The notes beneath the pieces were generated by a model. The model saw only the letters and a list, made by a program, of their open reading frames with translations, searched no databases and had not been told where the DNA came from. Shown here piece by piece: positions 19,937 to 30,200 of a stretch of 64,000 bases of DNA. The DNA comes from Yuukianura sp. NJ FZ-2021 (lineage: Eukaryota). Both the position numbers and the translations under genes were made by a program. How positions within the stretch are numbered: the first letter of the stretch is position 1; each line of letters starts with the position of its first letter. The stretch covers positions 124,001 through 188,000 of the forward strand of contig CM102287.1 in the NCBI GenBank assembly GCA_046563655.1, read 5' to 3'.

Positions 19937-21468
19937 TGTCAGACAGAAAACCTGTAAGTAAAGAATTTAAAAATCTTGAAATTGATCCTACAGTGACATT
20001 TAAGCTACCAGAGCTTAGTCCAACATCAGATTCGGAAGGACCGTTTCTCCGAAGTCAAGAAAGTAAGATTCCGACTCCAAGTACATCCCCAAAAATCATC
20101 GTTAGTGCCCCAGGTTCATCAGTAACCATGGCAACATACACCAAGGATGAAGTGGATAAGTTAGTGGCCGAGGCCGTGGCCCATGCCGTGCGCGGCGTGG
20201 AGCAGAGATTAGTTCAGCGGGTGACCGGTGGAGTCGCTGCGGTGACTCCAGCCCCTGCGGAGGCAGATCCAGTTGGTCAGACCCAAGCATTGATTACAGC
20301 ATTGAAGAGTATCAAGTTCACATCATTATCATCTAAATTGCCTGTGCCGAGTTTTGATCCAAAGAAGATGTCAGCGGCAGGCTACCTTAATGAAGTAGAG
20401 CGGTACTTCACAGCTCAAGGACACGAGCAAAGGCAGTTTCTTTATCTTGTGAAGACGGTCTTGCCTGTAGAATCTCAACCATGGCTCGACCACATCCTAG
20501 TGACAGTGACGGACTGGGATTCATTCAAAGATGCTTTTATCAACAGATATGATAATTGGATGGACGTGGCAGAACGAACGAGGCTTCTGCACACAAGAAG
20601 ACAACAGTTCAACGAGTCTGTTGAATTTTATTTGTATGATGTGGTTCGGTGCTCCAGATTAATTTATCCACATGAGTCAGTGGCTGATGCAGTGTTACGT
20701 GCTAAATTAGGTTTGAATCCGAGGATTCGCACAGCCCTTGGAACTCAACAATTCGACACAGTGGAATCACTTTTTGATGCATGTCGAATTGCACATGCAA
20801 ATTTGACAGCAGAAGACAGAATCACAAAAAACAAATTCGGATTACCTCCAATTGTCAAGGTCGACTCAAAGTCAGAGTCAGTCAAGAAAGATGATAATTC
20901 CTCTAGTTCAAATGCTGGAAGTTCTGCTGGAACTTCCAATGGAAATAATTGGTTTCGTGGGAAGGAAGCCAAAAATAATAGCTTCCGTGGACACTGGAAA
21001 GGCAAGGGAAATGGCTACAAGAATTATTCCAGTGATCAATCCCCGACTAATGGAAGTAATGGAAGTCCGAACAGTGGACATTCTTCATCTCAACCCAATG
21101 ACCAGTCACAAGGTCAAAGTTCAAAATCCAATTATGACAAGAATTCAGTGCAGCCTCAAAATGAATCATCTGCACGTGGGAAGGGCGGTTACCGTGGTAA
21201 TCGTGGTTCTTCAAATGACAATGACCGTGGTGGTGGTCAAGGCAGAGGTCAAGGTCAGACCTCTAGGCAAGATTTGAGTGATGTTCAGTGCTTCAAGTGT
21301 AATGGTTTTGGGCATCGTAAGTTTCAGTGTCCATCAGGTGTTGGTTTGGCCTTGGGGTCATTTCAAGAGGAGGTCCCTCAAGGACCTCCAGTTCCAAAGA
21401 AGAAGAAGGAGCCACCTGAAAAAAATGAAGCGTCGACTTCTAATGAGAAGTTAAACGCGCAGTGGTGA
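19937..21468 (+). CDS. gag: Gypsy Gag
   Basis: Retrotransposon gag-like core (WDSFKDAFINRY...RRQQFNESV) and CCHC knuckle CFKCNGFGHRKFQC. First ATG at 19937. Confidence 0.9.
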
Positions 21469-21495
21469 ATGAGAAGTCGTCCATCATTCACCCTA
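21450..21495 (+). promoter_or_regulatory. -1 ribosomal frameshift signal between gag and pol
   Basis: Heptamer G_TTA_AAC in the short gag/pol overlap, followed by the stem GGTGAATGA/TCATTCACC. pol is in the -1 frame. Confidence 0.75.
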
Positions 21496-24400
21496 CCCTA
21501 GTGCAAGTTTCGGACGATTTAATTCCTTTTGTGACTGTGGCGAATGAAGATTCGAAATTTTTGGCTATTTTCGACACGGGATGTTCGCAGTCACTCATTG
21601 ATGTAAAGTTATGTGAAAAGTTAAAGTCAGTTGTAGTTCCATTAAAAAATAAATCTACAACGATGATGAATAGTCAGAAGCTGAGTCTGATTGGCTTCTG
21701 TTTTGTGTATATAAAAATTGGTGGTCGAACTTTGAAGTCAAAGTTCTATGTGGCGGAAGGTTTGCCAGTTAAGTGTGTGTTGGGTTCTGATTTTTGTTTT
21801 CAGCATGACATTGTAATTAGATCGAGAAGTAAGGAGTTTTGGTTTGGTGACAATGGAAGTCAGAAATTCAAATTGACTTCCACTACAGAAACAACCGGGA
21901 CTGCGTTGTTTTCAGTGGCTTTACCAGAAAGTCACAAGCAAGATAGTGAAGTGCAAGTGAGAGTTCAGCGTGTCCTAGAGAAATTTCCAACGGTCGTCCG
22001 GAGTGATGGGAAGTTGGGAAGGACGGACCTGACTCATCATGTGATAGAAGATGAAGGATATCCGCCGGCAAGGAATCCTTACAGAAGGTCACCAGAAATG
22101 CAAAAGATCATCAATGATCAAATCCAACAAATGTTGAAGGAAGGTCTAATCAGACCTTCAAGGTCACCGTATGCAGCTCCAGTTGTGGTGGTACCAAAGA
22201 AAGACGGCAGTAAGAGACTCTGTGTGGACTATACGTTGCTCAACCAGCAAACGAAGACGAATGCTGCGCCAATGGAAAGTGCTCATTCCATTTTACACAC
22301 AATTCCTGCTGGTTATTGGTACACAGTGATTGATCTTGCGAAAGGATATTGGCAAGTCAAGTTGCATCCGGACAGTGTTGAGAAGTCAGCATTCGTGACT
22401 CAAGATGGTCATTACGAGTTCCTAGTGATGCCATTCGGATTAAAAAACAGTCCAAAGACGTGTCAGCAGTTGATGCGGAAAGTCATCCAAGGATTCTCCA
22501 AGTTTGCAAAGTGCTACATGGACGATATCATTTTGTTCAGTAAGACTCTGGATGAACATTTAGTGCATTTAGAAAAAGTGCTGAGTAGGTTGAAGATGGC
22601 AGGACTCACCATCAGTCCTCAAAAGTTACAGTGTTGTAGGAGAGAGGTTGATGTGTTGGGCCATCGTTTGACAGAACATGGTCTACAAAAGTGTCCTAAA
22701 AAAGTGAGTGCCATAGTGGATTTCCCTACTCCAAAGAACGTCAAAGAAGTGCAAAGTTTCCATGGAATGACTCAGTGGTATGCTCCGTTTATTGAACATT
22801 TTGCTGCAAAGGCAGAGCCACTGTACCGACTTCTAAGAAAAAACCAAATGTGGGTTTGGGGAGAAGAACAGGAGAAGTCGTTCCATTTACTAAAAGAGTC
22901 AATGTGCAACGATGTGATGTTACATGCAGTTGACTACGACCATCCGATTTTGTTAAAGTGCGATGCGTCGAATTATGGGTTAGGTGCGGCCTTAACTCAA
23001 GTGATTAATGGTGTGGAGAGACCAGTGATGTTTATCAGTAAAACACTCCGAAAATCAGAAATTCGGTACCACATTTACGAAAAAGAGTTGTTCGCGATTA
23101 TTTGGGCCTACCGGAAGCTCAGAGAATACATTGAAGGTCAGAAGTTCACAATTATTACTGACAACAAAGCCTTATCATTCCTCAACAAGATGAAGGAGCG
23201 GAAAGCAAAATTGGCTTTGTGGGATACGGAGATCAAGTCATGGGGTGTCGAGATCAAGCATCGCTCCGGGAAGGATAATGTGGAGGCGGACGCGCTTTCA
23301 CGTGCTCCAGTTCCTGTCGATGAAGCGGACCTCGATTTTGAAGATGATTCCCCGGCGTACATGTACTCGCCAATGGCCATGGCGTTACTGTCGTTTGATA
23401 CTCCTACGATCCAGAAGATGAAAGACGAACAACGAAAGGATCTTGATTTAGTGAAAGTGATCAGTGACATCGAAAGTGGTAAAAGTGTTAAAAGTTACGT
23501 CCTAAAAAATGGCGTACTAGGCAGAGAAGTCATGGGATTTGACTTCTATTCCGATAATGGTTTCTGCGGAGACATTATCGAGGGGCGATGTGCGGAAACG
23601 AGGCCTCAATCTTCCGACATCACTCTAGAGGACGGTGCCCAGAAAGAGTGCAGCAGTTCCTCAGCTCGTAAAAGTGAGCTCATTCAGGTGCCAGTGGTAC
23701 CAAGGGTCATGATACCCGAAATAATGAAGTTACTTCATGATGTGCCAGAAGCAGCGCATCTTGGCATCAAAGCCACAAAAGTAAAAATCAAGAGAAGATT
23801 TTTCTGGAAACACATGAATAAGGACATCAGTGATTATGTGAAATCGTGTCCAGTTTGCCAAGCAGTCAAGTCTTGCAACTACAAGCCCTTTGGTTTACTT
23901 CAAGCAGTGGTGCCGCCAACTAAAGTGTTTGAGAAAATCTACATCGATTTTCTAGGGCCCCTGCCGAGATCTTCAAATCAAAACGAGTATTTGTTCGTCG
24001 TAGAGGACGATTTATCCAAGTGGGTGGAGTTATTCCCGATGCGGAAAGCAAAATCGAAAAAAGTTGTGGAAGTGTTAGTGAATGAAATTTTTTGTCGTTA
24101 TGGTACTCCGAAAACAGTTGTGTCGGACAATGGAAGCCAATTTCTTTCCAAAGTGATGATTAAAATGGCTAAGGACTGGAAGATCAACCATGTTCCTGTA
24201 AGTCCGTACCATGCGCAAGCTAACACAGTCGAAAGGGTCAATCGGAACCTTAAGCCTATGCTCCAGGCTTATGTCGACAAGAATCATAGATCATGGGACC
24301 AGCATCTCCAGAAGTTCGCGTTGGCTCTTAGAACTTCTGTACATTCGACTACTAAAGTGACTCCTGCGTTACTAAATTTAGGTCGTGAGATTCCGCTGCC

Positions 24401-24908
24401 CCTTGATAGGAACTTACAAAGTGATGGTGACAGGGAAGTCCGGAAGTTAGGACTTCTGCCTGCTCAATTGGAAGAAATTATTCAGTTCGTGAGGAAGAAC
24501 ATGGAAGAAGCACATGAGCATAATATCAAGCATTATGACTCTAAACATCAAGAAGGAAACTTTCAAGTTGGTGATTTAGTGCTTATTAAAAATCATTCGT
24601 TGTCAGACAAGAAAAAAGGAATTGCCAAAAAATTAGATCCTCGTTACATTGGTCCATACCAAATTAGTGAAGTGTTAACCCCAGTGACCTTCAAACTTGT
24701 GACATTGCCTGAGAAAACTAATTTTGGAAAGCGTCATGTGTCGGAGTTGAAGCCTTATACTGTTCGCACGTCGCAGTTTGCGGTTCCGAAAATTCCCACT
24801 AAGTCAGAGGATTGGTCGGACTCGGAGGAGGAAGCGAACTCTGGAGGAAGAACTTTGAGGAAAAAAGTTCGGCTCAACTATCGCACGCTCGCTGGATACA
24901 GAAACTAA
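21462..24908 (+). CDS. pol: Gypsy Pol (PR-RT-RH-IN), intact
   Basis: Protease FDTG, RT YMDD, RNase H CDAS...EKEL...TDN, integrase HHCC and DDE (IDF, SDNG, ERVN), GPY module. Confidence 0.95.
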   Translation: MVNEKSSIIHPTLVQVSDDLIPFVTVANEDSKFLAIFDTGCSQSLIDVKLCEKLKSVVVPLKNKSTTMMNSQKLSLIGFCFVYIKIGGRTLKSKFYVAEGLPVKCVLGSDFCFQHDIVIRSRSKEFWFGDNGSQKFKLTSTTETTGTALFSVALPESHKQDSEVQVRVQRVLEKFPTVVRSDGKLGRTDLTHHVIEDEGYPPARNPYRRSPEMQKIINDQIQQMLKEGLIRPSRSPYAAPVVVVPKKDGSKRLCVDYTLLNQQTKTNAAPMESAHSILHTIPAGYWYTVIDLAKGYWQVKLHPDSVEKSAFVTQDGHYEFLVMPFGLKNSPKTCQQLMRKVIQGFSKFAKCYMDDIILFSKTLDEHLVHLEKVLSRLKMAGLTISPQKLQCCRREVDVLGHRLTEHGLQKCPKKVSAIVDFPTPKNVKEVQSFHGMTQWYAPFIEHFAAKAEPLYRLLRKNQMWVWGEEQEKSFHLLKESMCNDVMLHAVDYDHPILLKCDASNYGLGAALTQVINGVERPVMFISKTLRKSEIRYHIYEKELFAIIWAYRKLREYIEGQKFTIITDNKALSFLNKMKERKAKLALWDTEIKSWGVEIKHRSGKDNVEADALSRAPVPVDEADLDFEDDSPAYMYSPMAMALLSFDTPTIQKMKDEQRKDLDLVKVISDIESGKSVKSYVLKNGVLGREVMGFDFYSDNGFCGDIIEGRCAETRPQSSDITLEDGAQKECSSSSARKSELIQVPVVPRVMIPEIMKLLHDVPEAAHLGIKATKVKIKRRFFWKHMNKDISDYVKSCPVCQAVKSCNYKPFGLLQAVVPPTKVFEKIYIDFLGPLPRSSNQNEYLFVVEDDLSKWVELFPMRKAKSKKVVEVLVNEIFCRYGTPKTVVSDNGSQFLSKVMIKMAKDWKINHVPVSPYHAQANTVERVNRNLKPMLQAYVDKNHRSWDQHLQKFALALRTSVHSTTKVTPALLNLGREIPLPLDRNLQSDGDREVRKLGLLPAQLEEIIQFVRKNMEEAHEHNIKHYDSKHQEGNFQVGDLVLIKNHSLSDKKKGIAKKLDPRYIGPYQISEVLTPVTFKLVTLPEKTNFGKRHVSELKPYTVRTSQFAVPKIPTKSEDWSDSEEEANSGGRTLRKKVRLNYRTLAGYRN

Positions 24909-24968
24909 AACGTGCTCTGTTCAGTTAGTCTTATTTAGTTATTTGGAAGTCATTTCCTGACTTCCATC

Positions 24969-26868
24969 ATGCCATCATCAATTGTTAGTGATGTGGTTCC
25001 AGTCAGTGGAAAGAAAAAGAAAACTCAAGATTACTGGAAGAAGAGGCGGGAGTGTGAACTGAAGTATGGTACGGCTGATAAGAGTCCACAGGAACGTAAG
25101 GACATGTTTTTATTTGAATCTGCTCAACGAAATGCATGGGATGAATTCCCATACAAATATCATCCTCATGTGTCGTTAGTGAAAGTTTTTCGGTTGTGGG
25201 ACGCAGTGATGGAGCCTTCAAAACAACCGATTATGGATGAGAGACTGCAAGTGCCAATTCGCCTTATCGACACGGAAGCAAAGTTCATGATTTCGACCCA
25301 AGAATCGGATTACATCATTGATCCGTTCGTAGTGCCAATCCAGATGCAAATGCTGAGGGAAATCTTCTCCAATGGCAACTACATCAAGATTCTGCATGGA
25401 AGTGTTAATGACTTACTCATGTTCCAGCTCCATTATCATATCTTCTTTCGTGGGTGAAATTGACACTCAAATTGCGGATTCTGTCTTTGGAGGGACTCAA
25501 GGACGTGGATTGGACAAAGTGATAAGTGAGTATTTGCCTGGTGTGAAAGTGAGCAAGGATTGTCAACTTGCTGACTTCAGGATCCGTCCAATTGAAAACA
25601 TGCATCCAGACATGATCCAGTATGCCAGGAGTGACACACATTTGTTATTACGTGTGTTTGAAGTCATGAAGCAACGTTATGACTTCAAAAGTGAAAGTGT
25701 TAAGTGGAAGGAGGTTGTCAAATTGTGTAATAATTTGTGCTTAAAAGTCTATACGTTTAAGCCTCATCTAAGTGCCCGTGAGATTCTGGCTAAAGTGGAC
25801 ATGCCCTCTTTAAGTGTAAGTGTGATGGAGGAAGTTGTCGGCTGGAGAGACATGGTTGCCAGGGAGATGGACGTTCAACCAAAGGAAGTCATTGCTGATG
25901 TTACTTGTGCTCAATTGGTCAAGCAAGGGCCTAAAAATAAGTTGGACATTGAAAAAGTGATTGGCAAAAATGTTTTGTCATCGGGTCATTTGGATATGCT
26001 ACTTGAAGTTTTTGTGTCTACTAAAATGGTGGGCGGAGTCACAGAAGTTGGTGCTACAACTTCTACGGTGCAAAAAGTGACTTTGGACTTATCGGTGTTT
26101 GATTGGGATACACCAATCACTAAAGAAGATGTAAAAAGAATGGAACAGGAAGTTATTCAATCAACTTCCAAAAGTGTAAATTTTCCTGCTCCAGTGCCAA
26201 AAGTGACATTGGATTTGTCTGTTTTTGACTGGGATACGCCAGTCACCAGAGAAGATATTGCCAGGATGGAGGCGGAAGTTGCACAATCAACTTCCCAAAA
26301 TGTAAATAGTAGTGCTCCAGTGCCTGTCGACATTGACGGTTTATCGGATGTTTCCGATCTGTCAGACGTTTCTGACGAACCATTGGAGGTGGAGGTTGCC
26401 GATTCGGGAGCGGAAGTTGAGTGCAATGTCCAAGAATTCTGTGACAGCGATGACGGTGAGATGCTGATTGTCACCGTCTCTGAGGATGATCTACGTGAAG
26501 TGGTAGGATTACCGCAAGAAGGCGATCCGAATGTGGTTTATGAACCACAAGTACCAGTGGAAGATCCCCAGGAAGTGATGGATGCGATGGAGGAGGAGCC
26601 CCAGGAAGTAGTAGCTGCTGCCGAACGAAGAGATCGGCGAGATCGGCGAAATTGTCCCCACTGTGGAAGCGAGCGGCATACCGATGTCATGTTTTGCCGA
26701 TTTCGTGATCTGCCGGAAGCGGAGGCCAGAAGACGTCATCGACGCCGGCGTCTCAACATGAATCGACGCCGCAATCTTCGTATTCGTGCTGCGGAGGAAC
26801 GTGCAGCCAGAGAAGCGGAGGAAGATGGAGATCGTGTCCCGAGGATTGCCCCGGAACCCGATCTTTAG
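24969..26868 (+). CDS. RRP6: ORF3: Rrp6/EXOSC10-like DEDDy exonuclease plus HRDC, repeats, acidic region and Cys/Arg-rich tail; one frameshift near 25450
   Basis: ISTQESDYIIDP, IFSNGNYIKILHGSVND, DTQIA, QLADFRIRP, MIQYARSDTHLLL and HRDC-like WRDMVAREMD match Rrp6 motifs in order. The ORF ends at the PPT. Confidence 0.85.
26073..26325 (+). repeat. In-frame 126-bp tandem duplication in ORF3
   Basis: KVTLDLSVFDWDTP.T.ED..RME.EV.QSTS..VN..APVP occurs twice. Confidence 0.85.
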
Positions 26869-26879
26869 AAGGAGGAAGG

Positions 26880-27273
26880 TGAAGTGCCCTGGTTTTCCCC
26901 CTTTAGGTTAGGGTCAATTGCCCCTTGAGGTTAGGGAGTGGCCTTAGGTTAGGGTAGTTAGGTTAGGGTTTAGTCTTAGCCTGTAGTGAGATTGGTTTAG
27001 CGTTTTAGCGCGAGTTTTGAGTAGAGTTAGCGTGGTAGAGAGGAGAGAGACTAGTTGTGCTAGTCAGTCGGTTTTTGGTGTTTGGTTCAGCATGAGCTGA
27101 GACTTTGTATCATTTTGTACAAATAAATATCTTTTATATTTATTTGTCTCCGTGTCTTTGTGTTGTTTCTTGGTGTCCCTTTTGGTCCTCAGTTTTGTTG
27201 CATGAGTCCGGCAGTGCTCGGATCGTAGTCTGGAGGCCATCTTTGGCAGTTTTGCGTAGCACGAGGTGCTACA
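26880..27273 (+). repeat. Gypsy 3' LTR
   Basis: Copy of 19288-19693, preceded by the PPT and followed by TSD GGCT. Confidence 0.95.
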
Positions 27274-30200
27274 GGCTACCCGAATTTCTCCATCCTTCCC
27301 AGGAAGCAGCTCCAGAATCCTCCCCATTGGCCAGAAAATCCTCTTCTTATTGTCTACTTCGATGAGCACGATTTCTCCAATGCTGAAAGTCCTGGTCTTC
27401 TGCTCCTTGCCCCGTTGGACTAATTGACCCAAGTACTCAGAACGAAAACGCTGTTTCACTTCTTGTAGTAATTGGTCCAGCCACTTCTTTTCTTGTCCAA
27501 GGGTATTCGGTATGATCAGTTGAGCCTCCGGCACTTCACAATTTGGAAGATTATGGATGAACATGGCCGGGGTCAAAGGTACAAAGTCGTCTTGATCTTC
27601 TGTGACGTACGTCAATGGTCTGTGGTTCACCGCAGCTTCCACTTCACACAGGGCTGTTTCCAATTGAACGTAAGTCAGCTTCTGGAATCCAAGCATCCTA
27701 CGGAGAAGATCCTTGGTGCTCTTGATGAGCCTCTCCCACCATCCTCCCCACCACGGTGCAAAAGGTGGGTTAAAGATCCATTTGATTTTCTGTTTCTGCG
27801 TTTTCTCTTGAACAAGGTCCCAGTCGATCTCCTTGAACAGATTCACTGCTCCGACGAAGTTCGTTCCGTTGTCAAAGTAGACGATCGATGGCCGTTGTTT
27901 AATCTTGCAGAATCTGATAAATGAGAGAAGAAACTCATGAGTTGACAATGATTCGGTCACCTCCAGATGAACACACCGAAACACTGCACAAGTAAACATG
28001 ACAATGTATGCTTTCTTCCTGTTCTTCAGGGTTAAGGGGCCTGCCAGATCCACTCCAGTCACTTCAAATGCACTGGCCTCTCTTACCCGTGGTTCCGGTA
28101 GAGCACTAGCCACAACTTCAACTGTCTTACCATCAAACCTCTTACACACGATGCACTTTGTTATAACTTTCTTGATGGCTCTTCTTCCCTGGATGATCCA
28201 GTACTTTTCTCTTAACTTGGCCATCATCAGCTGTGCTCCTCCGTGTGCGTTGAAGATGTGAGTGTCCCGGATGATGAGATTGACAATGGGATGAGAATGT
28301 GGAAGTAAAATTGGTTTCCTAAAAGTGTCTGTGTCAACTCGATTAGTCACTTTGGTTTTCACTTTTAGTAGTCCATCTGAGTCCACTAGCACTCTCAAAC
28401 CCTGAATGACACTTTTGTCCATGGGAAATGATTCCTCCTGAATGATCTTGACCAACCTTCGTTCTGCCTCTTCCAGTTCTGTGATTGTAGGAATCTCGGA
28501 CTTCTCTGTCGACTCCTTCTTCAAAAGACTCACAAACCGGATGACATAAGCAAAAACACGAAGAGTCTGATGAAACGAATTCTTGGTGACATACCATGGT
28601 GACGAGGCAGGCGCAGGAGTCGTAATGTTCGTGAGTGTCGCGATACTCTTCTTACGCTCCTGATTGACTGCATCTTCGTCCACCGATGATTCTGATCTGG
28701 GCCACATCTCTTTTTCTAATTTCAGCCAATCAGGTCCCTCCCACCATCGCGACAACACGAACCTGGTCGGAGAAGTCCCCCTGGATGGCAGATCTGCCGG
28801 ATTTTCCAAACCCGGAATGTGGTTCCAGTCTTCTACTTTCGTCAGCTTCAGGATCTCCTTGACCCTATTCCCCACGAACGTCCCCCACTCGTCACTTCGG
28901 CGAATCCACGACAAGGCCGTGCTGGAATCCGTCCAAAGGAAAGTCGGAACGTCGTCTTCGAGGTCTAATGCTGACTTAATGGCTGTGACCAGTCTTGCAG
29001 AAATGCAACACGAAAGAAGCTCCAATCTGGGGATTGTGGTTGGTTTCAGTGGTGCCACTCTAGATTTCGCTTGAATAAATCGGATCTTGACACCGTCTTG
29101 AGTTTCAAGGCGAAGAAACACCACCGTTGCGTAAGCCTTCTAACTTGCATCACCAAACACATGAATTTGGATCTTTCGGTTGTCTCTGGGTGTTCCACTG
29201 GTACAGTCTCGAGGTAGTTGAACTTTGTCACTGACTTCTGCGAATTCCTTGGACCAACTGAGGAATTCTGTCTTCATTTCTGTAGATACTTCTTCATCCC
29301 AAGTCTTGTTCTCGTTCCATGCTTGTTGAAGAAGTACTTTCGGTAGAGTGACAACTGGAGTCCAAAGTCCTAGGGGGTCAAAGAGTTTCTGCAATTGAGA
29401 TAAAATAACTCTTTTAGTCACTTTTAATGGAATAACGGTAGGAACCACATCACAAAAGATCGTGTCCGCCTTCTTATCCCACTTCATCCCTAGAACACTG
29501 GTAATGACTTGATCACTCCAAACACCGGTTCTCTCCCACTGTCTAAGGTCCATTGTAGCCTGTGAAAAAATGTCTGAAGAAACTGATTTCACTTTGTCAA
29601 ACTCGGAATCACTGTCCACTGTAAGAGCTACATTGTCCACGTAAAGTGATCTTTCGATCAAACTTACGACCTCGGGATTTTCACACCGATGCTGGTTCAA
29701 ATGATGGAAGACAACTGCACCTAGAAGGAATGGACTACAGTTCATCCCAAAAACGACTCGGTTGTGCCGAAACACTTTCACTTTTTGTCGTTCCTTGTCC
29801 TCCCACCATAGAAATCTCAGGAAATCACGATCACTTTCTTTCACATTGATCATAAGAAAGGCCTTACGGATATCTGCTATGACACCAATCTTCCCCATCC
29901 TGAAACGAAGTAAAATTGAAGGAAGAAGTTCAAGCAGATTCGGTCCTTTCTCCAAACACTCATTAAGTGACGGATTCCTCCCGATCTTACACGAAGCGTC
30001 AAACACTGGACGCACTGGAGTAGTTAAACTGGCCTTGAAAACGGCGCGATGAGGAACATAATGACATGGAACACTCTCACTGTCACCCAAGTCCTCGACC
30101 ACTGAAATTATGCCCTCGGATTCCCATTCTTGAAACACTTTGTCATAATCTGAGAACCGATTCAGAGACACTAACTTCCGAGTGGTGTTTTCCAACCGCT

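Larger units (their letters stand above)
19288..27273 (+). mobile_element. Full-length Gypsy LTR retrotransposon with gag, pol and an Rrp6-like ORF3
   Basis: LTRs 19288-19693 and 26880-27273 (TG...CA), 4-bp TSD GGCT, PBS TGGCGACCGT, PPT AGAAGGAGGAAGG. Confidence 0.95.

Noticed and set aside
24969..26868. ORF3 as an envelope gene
   Set aside because: No signal peptide, fusion peptide or TM helix. The motifs match an RNase D-family nuclease.
27064..27273. C-terminal extension of the 686-aa BEL integrase ORF, and duplicate ORFs 19484-19756, 19525-19725 and 27105-27365
   Set aside because: Read-through into the antisense strand of the Gypsy LTR, or chance ORFs within it. The true C-terminus is at 18994-19287.
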